Of a DNA stretch of 64,000 nucleotides, positions 1 through 12,503 are shown one piece after another. Position 1 is the first letter of the stretch. Each line of letters begins with the position of its first letter. The stretch comes from the human T2T-CHM13v2.0 reference genome, Homo sapiens, in NCBI RefSeq assembly GCF_009914755.1, contig NC_060927.1; one strand, 5' to 3'. Under the pieces are notes generated by a model. It saw nothing but the letters and a program-made list of their open reading frames with translations. It had not been told where the DNA came from and ran no database searches. The translations under genes and the position numbers were made by a program.

Positions 1-706
1 CTTCAATGGCCCTAGCTCTGGGAATGATACCAAATGATGGTTCAGGAGGGAGGGAGGGAGGCAGTAAATCAGCAGGAAAAGCTGAAAAATGCCCCAGCTT
101 TTAATAGCTTTTATCTTTTTCCAGATGACTGGCCTCTCTCTCACCTTCTGCTTCTATTCATGATAGGGCCCTTTTCTCCCCTATTTTTGTGGCTTGATAT
201 TAGTATTTTCATTCGAAACGGCCGTCCTCAATTATCAGAGAGAAAATTCACACCTTTCAAAGCTACGGCAATCACATTTCCATGTGACTCATAAGTATAT
301 CTTCTTTCTCTAGCACCTAGGTGCAACTGTGGGATGCCTGATAGATTAGGATTGTATGTTGAATGGGAAATGGGTCTGAACCAAGTGTCAGACAGTAGAA
401 TGGGAGCCAGGGGAGGGTTCCAAAGCAGCAGCAGAAGGTATCTCTAGCAAGCATCCGCTCTGGCTGGGGACTGTCTTCTGGTTCCAGCCTTACTGGAAGC
501 TCAGGCTGTAGAGTTGTGAATTCCTGGGGCCAGGCAAGCCTAGATGTGTTGCCTGCTTTTGATAATGTATCAAAAATATGAACTCATCCTTGGAAGCGAC
601 AGCTATGAGGTGTTTCTTGGATGTAGAAATTTAGGTCATCTGTCTTCCTTTTGCATTGCCTTAAAAAGTACGATTTCCTTTCTTGGTTTATCATTTGCTG
701 GCCTTC

Positions 707-760
707 TTTCTTTCCATCCTTCCTCCCTTCCTTCCTTCCTTCCTCCCTTTTTTCCTTCCC
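707..760 (+). repeat. (TTCC)n-like simple repeat
   Basis: tttctttccatccttcctcccttccttccttccttcctccc. Confidence 0.85.
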
Positions 761-1049
761 TAGACTTTCCCTATCTCCCTCTTTTCTTTCGTAAAATTTG
801 GTTGCCTGGGATAACGTGTATTGCATACAAGCTGACTTCCTTACTGTCCCTAGTAAGCTATGTGTGGCTATTATTTCTTCATTTATATGCAATGCCAGAA
901 GCTTAGAAGAATGTTATCTCCCTTTCAGTTAAAAACTCATAGTTAAGAACTGGCCATCTTCTTGTTTTGGGTATTGTGGCTTGGTACTGTCTAATATATT
1001 TGGAGGGTATTTGATTTTTTAAAAAGCTACTGGCCATGCCTATTGAGTT

Positions 1050-1130
1050 TCCTACTGAGCCCAGCACCCAGACCAGTGATTGATTAAATAGTAGCTGCTC
1101 AATAAATATTTGTTTTGTAAATAATGATTC
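1050..1130 (+). mobile_element. L2 3' end remnant
   Basis: tagctgctcaataaatatttgtttt resembles the L2 terminus. Confidence 0.55.
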
Positions 1131-1569
1131 TATTGTCAAGAAACAAATCACCAAGAAAGAAGGAGCTATATATTTAAGAGTACTCTGTTCATCTGGCCAA
1201 AATGGAGTTCCGAGTCCCTTGCTCAGCTGATGTTTGTTCACCCAGAAGATGGTAAACTCCTGAGACCAACTTCGCTTTGTTGTTCTCTTGTGGTTCCTTG
1301 ACCTTGGAAATGTTTTTCTACAGGCAGAGTATTTCCCCCTGTTGGAATTTTATTTAATATTCTATCTTTGTTTCTACTTTAGAAAACATGCCACGTGAAT
1401 AATGATGCCTCAGGCAAAAGAAATCACTCCAGCAGTACAATTTAAACTTAGGACAAATCCTGCCCTCACTTGCATTCACAATTTGCCAAGGCAGTTGGTA
1501 AGAACTGTGCCCACACACAAATTGACAGAATCGAGGCCCCAAGGTTAGCGATGATTAAAATTTAAAAGT

Positions 1570-1615
1570 CCATTCATTCATTTTCAAAATATTTTATTCG
1601 ATTGCTTCTGAGGCA
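1570..1615 (-). mobile_element. L2 3' end remnant supplying a minus-strand AATAAA
   Basis: cattcattcattttcaaaatattttattcgattgc, reverse complement of the L2 tail. Confidence 0.55.
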
Positions 1616-1656
1616 GAATCATGAGTTGCCTTCGCTTTTGCTGCTCCCGGTGGTGG

Positions 1657-1710
1657 CATCCAACTCTGAGGATAGCTCATCCAACTCTGAGGGTAGCTCT
1701 GAGGGGAGCT
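1657..1710. repeat. 21-bp tandem duplication plus partial third copy
   Basis: catccaactctgaggatagct / catccaactctgagggtagct / ctgaggggagct. Confidence 0.9.
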
Positions 1711-2581
1711 AAATATCCTCATTGTTCAATGAGCTAGATGAAAACAAAACGAGGCTGTAAGGTCAATCTCACAGCCTTAGTGGAGTAAAAATTAGAAGTC
1801 AATAATTCTCTTACCAACAAAGAGGACTTGCATTCAACAGGATTTTCAAAAGTGGTATCCTGTAAAAATTTTGGAAAATACCACCATAATGGAAAAAAAA
1901 TAAAGTGGCATATAAATCAAATGTAGTGCTAAAAATTATAATTTTTCCATATGAATTTTGGAATCCTAAAATATTTTTATGTGTTTGTGGATTCATAAGG
2001 CATCAGAACTGGCTTTTTGCACTGAATATGAGTACAGAAGGCTTTCCTCTCCAATAGTGAATTAATAAAGGATAAGTAGGAAAAACGTTACGAAACGATG
2101 TGGTAACATTATAGACTCTGTATTAGGGCAAAAATTGTGAGATAGTAGAAGATCTGTAAATTTAAGCATGCACAATTTGACAGCGGATGGTCGTAGCATA
2201 TTTTGTAAATTCAATAGCAAGCCCCACCACGCCCTTAAATGAAGGAAAGCAAGAAGACAATTTTTAATACGTACATGGCACCACACCCCTCTAAGACGCA
2301 GCAATGGGAGAAAAGCAGATTGGCGACCTGTGTGTGCAACATGAACCGAGTGAAACCATCGGGGAGGGGGTGGGGGGCGTTTCTTTTAAATGTCGCTTTT
2401 GCAGATAAACGAGCAGGGATCCTACCTCTTTTGACCGGAGATGTTGAAAAGCACGACCAAAGTTTTTGGCTTGGTCTCTTGCTTTCCACAACGAGATAAA
2501 GTCTGAAGCCTGTAACTCTCCCTGTCCCGCGGGAGCGTGCAAAGGGAGGGAAGATAAGCGGCGTGGGTGAGGGGTGGCGGC

Positions 2582-2882
2582 GCAGAACCCAGGAAGGGAG
2601 CAGAGGCGAGAGCCAGCCTCCGGCAGGAGGGCGTAGACCCCGGTGCCAGCCAGAACGGCTCCAGCCTTCCCGCGGCCAGAGAGCCAGCGGCGGGAGGGGA
2701 CGGGCGGGACCTCCGCGGACAGCCCCGGGTGCGGACCAGCGGGCAGCGGCCGGCGAGACCCTCCCTGGATCCGCCCAGAGCTTACCGGACCCTGCGCGCC
2801 CCCGTCCCGGCTCCCGGCCGGCTCGGGGGAGAAGGCGCCCGAGGGGAGGCGCCGGACAGATCGCGTTTCGGAGGCGGCGCAG
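2582..2882 (+). other. CHL1: CHL1 exon 1 (non-coding 5'UTR); start approximate
   Basis: Ends ...GGACAGATCGCGTTTCGGAGGCGGCGCAG|gtgtgt. Joined to 50432 it gives ...GCGGCGCAG-GTGCTGTAAACTGC..., which I recall as the CHL1 mRNA 5'UTR. G-runs follow the donor. Confidence 0.88.
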
Positions 2883-3710
2883 GTGTGTCAGGGGTGGGGG
2901 TCCGCTGGCATCTCTCGTGCCGGCGCTGGGGGGGTCTCCCGTGGAGGAAGGGCTGAAGGTGCTCCGGGAGGGGTCCACTCGTTATGGAAAGGAAGCGGGG
3001 CGCGGTCAGGGTCCCTCGTCCGCAGTGGGGGTGGTCCGGGCCCCTCAGCCTGCACCCGGGAGGAGACGCCCCCTTTTCACGCCCCGCCCCCGGTGGCCGA
3101 GGCCGGATTCGGACAGCTCGGGGTCAGTCGACGGAGCACACCGGGCGCCCGAATCCGCCGGGTCCCACTCACGCCCGCCGGCCGCCGGTAGGTTGGCCCT
3201 CCCGCTTCCAGCCTCCGCCACCCCATCCCTCGCTGCTCTCTGAGGAGGATTCCAGACCCCCCCGTAGATCTCCGCCCTCTCTCGGGTGGGGCTCCGAGGT
3301 CTAGCTGGTCTGGGGGTCAGTCCCGGCCTCTGTCTCCCACCGCGCCCCTCGCTCCCCTGGACACCGCCTGGTGTGTGGGGCTCAGACCCCCCCAGTCCAC
3401 TGCCCCTGTGTGGCTCCTCCTCTCAGGAGAGGATTCTAGATCCCAGCCCGGGGGGGGTTCCGAAAATGCCGCCAGCCTGGAGCGGGGAATCCATGGACCG
3501 TGGGGTTGTGGGGTTGGGGAGCACGAAAACCCAGAGAGGGGCTAGAGCTCCACCTCCCCAGACCGCCGAGGGGCGAGAGGGCGCGCCGGGGGCCGTGGTT
3601 GCCATGGCTCCTGGTAGCGGAGCCCGGGGGGCTGGAGATGCCGGTCGCGGATGGTCCCTTCTTCCTCTTTGTGCCTCTCTCTTTCTCTCGCTTTTTTTTT
3701 TTTTTTGGAG

Positions 3711-3911
3711 TGTGAGTGTGCGTGGGGAGGCAGCACGGAGAAAGTGATTAATTTGGGGAGCAGGGATTGGAGCCGGGAGGCTGGGGAAAGCCAGCCCCTC
3801 CGTTCCCACTCTCCGGGCTCGCTGCGAGCCACAGTGTCTCAGCCAGGGGCAGGGCCGGGGAACTCCTGCGAAAAACCACGGGCCGGAGGAGCAGCAGCCG
3901 CGCGGGCCCAG
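3711..3911 (+). other. Candidate alternative first (or internal) 5'UTR exon of CHL1
   Basis: Lies within the CpG island after a pyrimidine tract/T15; ends CCCAG|gtaccc followed by G-runs. Confidence 0.45.
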
Positions 3912-4284
3912 GTACCCCCGCCCCAGACGGCCAGCAGGGTGGAGCGCAGGGTGGGCGTTTGGGCTGCTGGGCGGGAAGGCGGGCGGGGAAGGGGTGGGAG
4001 GCCGGCGGCGGAGGGCAGGTGTGCGTCGGCAGGGCTGGGTGGCCCGGCAGAGAGGGCGCCCCAGGTTCAGCCCCTCCTCGAAGGGCGCCGGCGTCCAGTC
4101 CCGCTCGTGGGAGCCGCGGAGCAGCCCCAGGGCCGGCGAGCGGCTGCCCTGCCAGGCGCGTGCGCGAGGGCGCGCTCCCGCGGGAACGCGCCGTGCGCGG
4201 GGAGATTTGCGCGTGCGCGTGGCGATGGTAACTGGTGGGCCCCCCGGGCTCGCTCTAGGCGGAGGCTCCCGGGACGCCCACGTG

Positions 4285-4530
4285 GCTTCGAATTCCAGCT
4301 CCACCATCACTGTGATGCGTCACTCTGGACTAGGCATTTAACTACGTGCCTCAGTTTCCCTTTCTCAATAATACGGAGATTATCGATACCCTCTATACTG
4401 GGTTGTTGCAAGACTGGAATGAGATGATACAAGTAATTTAACACCATAGATTTTTAAATTTAACACCATATGCATATTTGATGCATAATAAGCACTCAAA
4501 AGTTATTGTCGTTGATGCCATTACTGTTAG
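4285..4530 (+). mobile_element. MIR SINE
   Basis: Core gtgcctcagtttccc...gggttgttgcaagact...aagcactcaaa. Confidence 0.75.
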
Positions 4531-7308
4531 TTAATCCTCAGTTTAATTACATATGGTGCATTTTCATTTCTCTGCATTTTCATTGAAGTAAAAATTCTGC
4601 GTTTTCTAATTTTGGAGAATAATCTTAATTAAAATATGAATATTTGTACTGCACAGTCCAACTCCTACGAAGCTCTGCCTTGCAGCAGATTGGAAGAGAG
4701 AAACTGATCAACTGCCGATGAAGTTGGCTTTTCAGTATATTGATGGAGAGAGAAGCTTAGGAAGCTCTTTGGGGAAACTTTTGGTGACAAGAAAATAAAA
4801 AGTTTATCCCAGAGTTTTTCTTTTGTAAATCTTTGTGTTTTCTCTTTCACCTGCAGATGTTGCAGTTGGGTTTGTCTTAATTTCAGTCTCTTTGTGAGGG
4901 ACCACCATTTGGCTTTCATAATTTAACGTGGTTACAGAGCCTATGTATACCCTGGCTTTCCATTTTATGGCCTTAAGTGCTGCAGTGGATTTACCTTTAG
5001 TAATGGCAGAACGTAGTGTATAATCATTCCTTGCAAGCTCCTGAATATTGTGAGCAAATCAATGGAGACAAATAGTTATTACTGGATGGGTGTGAGTACT
5101 GGCTATGGCAACTCATTAAAATCTCTTTCAGGGTATGTTTGTACCCACTTCACTGCAGCACAAGACTATGATGATGAATATATGTTTCCCAGATTGTTAT
5201 CTGTTGCATGTAGACTTACGGATCCTTTTCTTCAAAGAAACGGCTATAGATATTTATTGATTCCTCATGGTTATATAGGTCCTCCAACCTATCTGCTGAT
5301 AAGTACACTGTACACTTCGTGGGCCTAGCTGTAGGTCTAAGAGGAGTTGATTTTGCACATACTATACTTATTGCATTTAAGTTAATTCATCTCATTACAT
5401 GAATTGGTTTTAAATAAATTTTTAAAATCATTTGATTATTAAAATATAGGCATTTCTTGGTGAACTTGAGGCAAGTAAAGCCTGACAGATGTCACCATCA
5501 CAAAGATCCTTAGTGACCTTTACAAAATAGAGCTCACCCAGAAAAACATTTGCTAGATAGAAACCTGATTTTATAGTTGCTTCTGAAATCTTTGAAGATA
5601 GGAGGTTATTTGCCCCAAAATTGCTTTGTTGAAATAATTTAGCCTGATTCGCTTTTATAGAAAAATAAGGGTAACGATCAAGACTGATTTAAGATTCTTG
5701 TATTTTTAACCGATAAAAGAAAATTAAGTAATAGTTGGGGAACTACTGGTGTCAGATTTGAAGGAATGATTGTCAGGAAATACTGAGAGTATTACTTCAG
5801 GTAGCAGTGTTTGGCTTTGCAAGACAACCCTCTCATCCTCACTGTGAATATGTCATCTTTAAAAGGTACCTTGAGGAATTAGTGTGACAGCTTCTCTGAA
5901 ATTCATGTGATCATTTACATATTGTTTCCCAGGAGCTTTGGCATTAAATGTTTCATTTATTGGAAATTATTTTGCCCTTTAATTTATGACAGCCAACAGT
6001 GCAATAGAGTCTAATGTATTTTAGAAACAATAAAATTAGCTTTTCACCATTTTCTATTTTCCCTAAAAATCTAGCAGCAATGCACTTGGAATGCTTAAGT
6101 TAGTCCAGAGACAAATGGTAAGAGTAGGAAAACATGACAGATTGGGAGGTGTTGAGTTCTGAATTTGGGGACCTAATTGAAATGCAAAGGTATAATCAAG
6201 AGAATGAACTTGTCTCTGTACTGAGGTTGTTTTCAGTGATGTACTATATTATCTGATTCAGTCAACGTTCCTTGTTATTTTTTCAAACCAAGATTGAGAA
6301 TACTATATTTTCAATTATGAACATTTTGATTACAGTTTCATTCTGACTAATTCAGTCGGAAGAGAATGCAATTATTATGGTCATTTACATACAATATGCT
6401 AAGTTAACACAGCTAATGAGTGAAAGCATAATATTCTTTCTGTTTGTTCCTGGAAAAATATTGTGCTAAGCATTCTTTCAAAGAAAGATTACATTATTCG
6501 CTATCATTTTATGTCTATCTACAAGTAGAATTGGCATTGAGCCTTTTCTCTGCTATTAAAGTGAAATCTCTTATATTTTGGTGATCACATGCCTTTCCTC
6601 TCACCCCTTGGGGGAGACTGGAAACAATTCTCAATTTAATTAGATATGCTGCTTTCTTTTTTCTGTACATCTTTATCTGAGGAAAGATTGTATTTTCTAA
6701 TTTGGGAGGCTGCTTAACACCTTAAACATTACTAATTACTGCAGTTTATTTTATGTGTGTCGCAATAGTGTAGTTAGTTAATTATAGCTTTCTCATTAGC
6801 ACCACGTAGAGAATAATGAATTAACACATCCCTTTGATCAAAAAGGATTTAAGTTTATCTTCTGAGAATAAAAGTGTTATTGTGTTACTGAAAGTCACTA
6901 TAATTTTCCCAAGAAACAAATTGGTTGGAATTCTGTATCACTGGGTTAGGAAGCTCAATGAATGAGTTGGATTGATCACAAAGTAGAGTAGAGCTGTGGT
7001 TGCTTGGCAACCTGACATTATTCTGCCATTTCTGGTATATTTATCCAGTAAACTAGAAAATTCTGTTTCGTTAACGAATGTTTTAAGTCAGTGCACAAAT
7101 AGACCATAACTAATTGAGATTTTATGTGTTGTGGGTAAAAAATGATCCTGCTTACCTTCTCATTGTGTTTAGATCATAAAAATACAAAGGGACATATTCC
7201 GTTTTCAATTTTAAGGCATTTTCCTGAAATGTTGACTTCACTTTCACATAATTTATTCCTAGTGAAGAATACAACTTGTGTATCTCTTTGGAAGTTAAAT
7301 TATTAGAA

Positions 7309-7351
7309 GTGTGTGTGAGTGTATATGTGTATGTGTGTGTGCGTGTGTGTG
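7309..7351. repeat. Imperfect (TG)n microsatellite
   Basis: Seen directly. Confidence 0.9.
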
Positions 7352-7749
7352 ATGCTTATATACATAATTTCAATAAGAATCACAACTAGAGTTTGAGGTG
7401 AGATGAATTCTCAAAATTCATAGTTTGCTAATTGAACTGACAGTTTGGTACATTTAGGGTGGGTATAAATATCTGAATCAAATGATGCTGGCAGATGATG
7501 ATAAGAATGATAAATGCATTGAACTTGGTCAATATATAATTATATTTTATGCTTTGACCAGGGTTTCTTCTCCTGGTAGTCTTATAACATTCTCCCTTCT
7601 AATGTTTGTTTGCATCTTATTTCCCCTATAGTTGTGGAGGTAGGAGCTCTGTTGCCCATCTTCTGATTCACCTCTTCCTAACTCCAGGGACTACAATTGT
7701 GCCATTTTCCTATACAACCTATGAATTTTAGTGTGCATCACAATTTCCT

Positions 7750-8080
7750 TTTCAGACTGTAAACTCCTTGAGGGTATACATTTCCTTTTATGCATCTCAT
7801 AAACTCTTAAAGTGTCTGGCACAGCAGGAAGCGAACTGTTGTGGTGGTTACATGCACTGGCTATAAAAGTCAGGCTGCCAGGGTTCAAAATCTAAGTCTG
7901 TCAGCTTGCAGGTGTGTGGCATTGGCTTAGTCATGTTGACCTCTCTAAGACTAGTTTCTTCTTTAGAAACGGGGAAATAGCCATACTTAGCTCACATGTC
8001 ACATGTGTTCTTGTGGACATTGTATGGGGCAATCTATGCAGACAGATTAGTAGCACGGTTTTTTATTGTAGTGATAATTA
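7750..8080 (+). mobile_element. L2 fragment followed by MIR
   Basis: agactgtaaactccttgaggg...tggcacagcagg (L2); gggttcaaaatc...acctctctaagactagtttc (MIR). Confidence 0.7.
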
Positions 8081-8276
8081 TCCTTCTATATCATGTTCAG
8101 TATGTGAATGAACAAAGATAGAGGGACAGAGCGTATGTGTGTGTGTATCCCTGTGTATGTGAATAACTGTGAGCCATGATCAATGGTGGTGTCAAATGGC
8201 AAACTGTTGATTCCTACATTAATTATATGCACATATACCAATAATGATTGCTTCACATATTTAAAAGGTTTTCGCA

Positions 8277-8455
8277 ATAGTTGTTCTTAGGCTTGGCTGA
8301 AATTAGAATCGTCTGGAGAGTTCTGTAAAGCTACCAACCCAAATCAATTCAATTACAGTCTCTGTGGATGGTGACTAGAAATCTGGATTTTTGAAAACTT
8401 CTAGTGCGATTCTAACACGCCCTAATGTACCAATATTGGTTAAGAACCATCACCT
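8277..8455. mobile_element. MER5-type hAT-Charlie DNA transposon
   Basis: tagttgttctt...ttagaatcgtctggagag...gattctaa...ttaagaacca. Confidence 0.65.
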
Positions 8456-8619
8456 TAGATTTGCGTACGCCGTCCACAAGATTGTGTTGGGCTAAGGCAT
8501 TGGTTCACAGTCACCCTGGTGTCATGAAATGTGGCTGAAAGAGAAAAAATGCTCTGGCAAACTTCTGAGGTTTTTCTTACTAATCTTCTTGGTTTAAATA
8601 GCACTTTATTCTCTGAAGA

Positions 8620-8810
8620 TCTCAAATGTGCTTTTCATTTACTGTGTATAATTTCGTTTTTCAACCAAATGTCTCTGTGAAGATGGTAGGAAAGAAGTAA
8701 TTATCCTGATTTGCAGATGAATGTGAATGGAGTGAGCTACACTGAAATTAAGTGATTTGACTAGATTCATACATTTAGAACAGGCCCAGATAACAAGATT
8801 CCTGTGACTT
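8620..8810 (-). mobile_element. MIR SINE
   Basis: attatcctgatttgcagatga...attaagtgatttgac. Confidence 0.6.
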
Positions 8811-8989
8811 TGGGGTTTTGAATATTTCTCTGTTTTGCCTGCAGACTTCCAATGAGGTAGGGAGAGTTATTGTTTTTGGACTAAAGTACTGTGTCAGAAA
8901 AAGCTTTAAAAATGAGACTTTCATCCTTTTTTTGGTTATAATTGTGCAGTGTAAAGAAAAACAGATTTTTATTTTCTTTCTAAGAAGAG

Positions 8990-9230
8990 GCACCATAGTC
9001 TATATAGGAGCCAAACCAATGTCCCTTGGACTTTGAACACCGCTTGTATAAATATTTCATTTGGCCCAAAGAATGTTTAAGACAAATTTCAGCCAACATT
9101 TAAATACTGGAGATTTCATGTAAAATTCATATTTCTGGCTTATCTTAAAAGGATTGATGTTCTCACAGTATTGGACCTGAATGCCCAGGTGGCAGAATGC
9201 CACAGGTTAGAACCCAGTGGTTTGTCCCCT
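8990..9230. mobile_element. MER102-like hAT DNA transposon
   Basis: gagatttcatgtaaaattcatatttctggcttatcttaaaa matches the MER102 core as recalled. Confidence 0.55.
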
Positions 9231-9299
9231 TGATGTTCTTGAAAGACATATCTTCGCTGGGTAAAACATGGCTTCCTCTCACCTTCACTTTGTTCCTTT

Positions 9300-9726
9300 C
9301 TTTTATATAGATCCTACTCCAAAGAGGTAATTAAGGGACCTTAAAGACGGGCCCACATCTCTTTGGATGGGATTAGGGGAAGCCCACAAGGGCTGCTGAA
9401 GCACATCTGGAGCTGTTACTGCCCCTTGTCCTGAAGGGATAATGGGAAGGTGAAGTTCCTGGAAGGAGGTGGGAGCAGTAGCTCTGGAAGAGGGCTGTCA
9501 CGTGGGACCTATGGCTTTTGGTAGAGGAACATAACTACTGTCAAATCACAAGACAGTGCTCTGCTTCTACCCCAAGATTTCCAGTTGCTTCTTCAGCAAG
9601 GCAGTAAGACGGCAAGGGAGCCTATTGTAGTGGTTTGTGGAGGTCAGTTCTCCCAGAGCAGAGCAGGATGGAGGAAGGCAGAAAAGGGATCTGAATCTGG
9701 GAAGTACGTGAGGAATACCTAGCACA
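9300..9726 (-). mobile_element. Old MaLR LTR (MLT1K/L-like)
   Basis: ggcaagggagcctattg...gaggtcag...agagcaggatggag...atacctagcaca. Confidence 0.6.
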
Positions 9727-10639
9727 TCTTGAAGGCTTTACATTTGTGGAACGTGAGTAGTGGGGAAGGGGAAAGCTAGAATTGACAAAAACAGTACAAA
9801 ATAGGGAATCATTAAGTTTGTATTCAGGAGAATCTTCACCACTTTTTCTTTGTCATTCCTTTCTTCTTTCTTTCATTGCCCGAAGTGGGCATGCTCATAT
9901 TCAGTGGTGTGTTTCAGTTGGGACTCTTAAACTTCAAAACAAATTTGTCCATTTCATTGCATTATCTATGCTTTCTAAGATGAGAGCTGACATAGCAGAG
10001 AGAATAATGTAAAAGATGTATTCCAGCTTCTATGGTAATGGTTGGCATTTTTAGCAGAGGTTCCTCCCTAACAAAAGCTTTTGCTGTAAGTGGTGATTCT
10101 CCTGGGAGGGATTGTAGTTATGATGCCTGGGAAAGCGGAGATACACTCAAATGTCAGTCTGGCAGCTGAAACTCATGTAACCTGGATGCCTGGATCTTTG
10201 GAGGAAGTATCCTTCTTCTTTGTTATAGTTGTATCAGAACAAGGACGATGAAGGAATAGACCAGAATGCACTGGTTGCATCTTAATGTGAGGAATTTTTA
10301 TTTCCAGGGACTAAGAGATGTATTTCCCAGAGTAATAGAATGTAAGTGGATAAAAGGAATGTGGGGATTTTGATGATCTGTTGCGGTTAGAGTTGTTGGA
10401 AGTTCGGTTTTTTATTGCATTGAAAACCTTGCTAAAAACTGTAAAGTGACAGAATATTAGCTTATTATGGGATGCCTTACATATTGGTTATGTTCAAAAG
10501 AAATAACACGTCTCATGTGCAAAAGGTTCAGGGGGAAGATAAATACTGACCTTTTCCAAGACTGATACTGGATGCTGCATTTCCATCCTTTCAGAAGATT
10601 GCCTCTGAAGATTTCTATTTTAAAAAAAAATCATAATGT

Positions 10640-10800
10640 CTTGCATTATTTGTGTGCTTTATGCTTTTTAGAAAATTTTTCCATGTCATCTCATCTGACT
10701 TTTACAATAACATAGTGAACAAAAAGAAACAGGTTGTTAGCCCATTTTATAGATGAAAAAAACTAATGCAAGGTCAAGTAGTTAGCTTTACCACTATTCC
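10640..10800 (-). mobile_element. MIR SINE
   Basis: cccattttatagatgaaaaaaacta. Confidence 0.65.
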
Positions 10801-10854
10801 ACCACACTGCCTACAGTAGTGAAAATTAGAATTAAATCATCTTAGATATCCTAA

Positions 10855-11233
<379 letters not shown>

Positions 11234-11450
11234 AGATTTCCTTTTTTGGAAGAAAAGAGCAACATTGTATAACTGATAGTGAATTGTTTTTTAAGGAAAT
11301 CTAGAGTCACCGTATAAACTGAGAGCTGTCTAGGGGAAAAATTGAAAATGTTACCAGTTATATTTTGAGAGTTGAACGTAGTCCTGGCCAAAGATAGGGA
11401 GATAGACTTTTCCAAAGCATCCTGAATTCTATAATACATGTTCTTATGTT

Positions 11451-11498
11451 TGTGTGTGTCTGTGTGTGTGTGTGTGTGCGCGCGCACGTGTATGTGTG
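11451..11498. repeat. (TG)n(CG)n alternating purine-pyrimidine tract
   Basis: tgtgtgtg...gcgcgcgcacgtgtatgtgtg. Confidence 0.9.
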
Positions 11499-11609
11499 GG
11501 TCCTATGAGGCATTGTGACCAGTCATTATAAAAAGCTTTTATTGATCGCCACTTTGTGCTAGAGACAGGAATGAAACTGTGCCAGGCAGATACTTAAATA
11601 GCCACCATT

Positions 11610-11800
11610 GATCATTTATCAAGTGTTTATTATGTGTTTTGCAATCTCCACATCAGTGATTTGAGGAAAGTACTATTATAACACCCAATGTAAGCTGGGC
11701 GATGCAGACACAGAAGGGTCCTTGTCCAATGTCACACAATATGTCTTGCAGTACCAGAGTCAGAATTCAAACTCAGAAGTGTCTGATTTCCAGCCCCAGC
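11610..11800 (-). mobile_element. MIR SINE
   Basis: ttgtccaatgtcacaca...agaattcaaactcagaagtgtctgatttccag. Confidence 0.65.
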
Positions 11801-12004
11801 AGTGCCCCCTCGATTAGCAGGATTCTCCAGCTATGGTCTTCACTATGGACTAACACTCTTTCCTGTTGTCCATCCAAACTTACCTGTTCTGTGTCCCATT
11901 ATCCATTTGTGGAAAAGTAGACATAAAGGAATCCTACTGAGGTATTAGATGATAATGCATACCTATTCCAGGAATGGTGGCATTAAATATGAGGTTTTAA
12001 AACC

Positions 12005-12503
<499 letters not shown>

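Larger units (their letters stand above)
1577..3160 (-). ncRNA. CHL1-AS2: Spliced antisense lncRNA overlapping CHL1 exon 1 (probably CHL1-AS2); both ends approximate
   Basis: Minus-strand donor CCG|GTAAGC (2786/2785). 45-nt exon 1859-1815 (acceptor tttttacag, donor TTG|GTAAGA). Acceptor ttttgttttcatctag into last exon from 1733. AATAAA at 1598-1593. Name from memory of the locus. Confidence 0.65.
2520..4290. promoter_or_regulatory. CHL1: CpG island, promoter region of CHL1 (overlaps antisense lncRNA start)
   Basis: Abrupt shift to very high GC and dense CpG against AT-rich flanks; GC boxes, NRF1-like TGCGCGTGCGCG (~4208), RFX X-box-like motifs (~3598, ~4219). Confidence 0.95.

Noticed and set aside
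544-906. Hydrophobic 120-aa ORF
   Set aside because: Driven by the (TTCC)n low-complexity tract.
1657-1710. Short direct repeats as a CRISPR-like array
   Set aside because: Eukaryotic context, no spacers; a simple tandem duplication.
2235-4427. Many overlapping 100-295 aa ORFs on both strands
   Set aside because: Pro/Gly/Arg/Ala-rich products typical of stop-poor CpG islands; no domain recognised; CHL1 coding starts downstream of the window.
4830-5097. Possible exon 4857-5091 (tttcacctgcag| ... GGT|GTGAGT)
   Set aside because: Weak exonic donor positions and a long AT-rich body; such pairs are common by chance in large introns.
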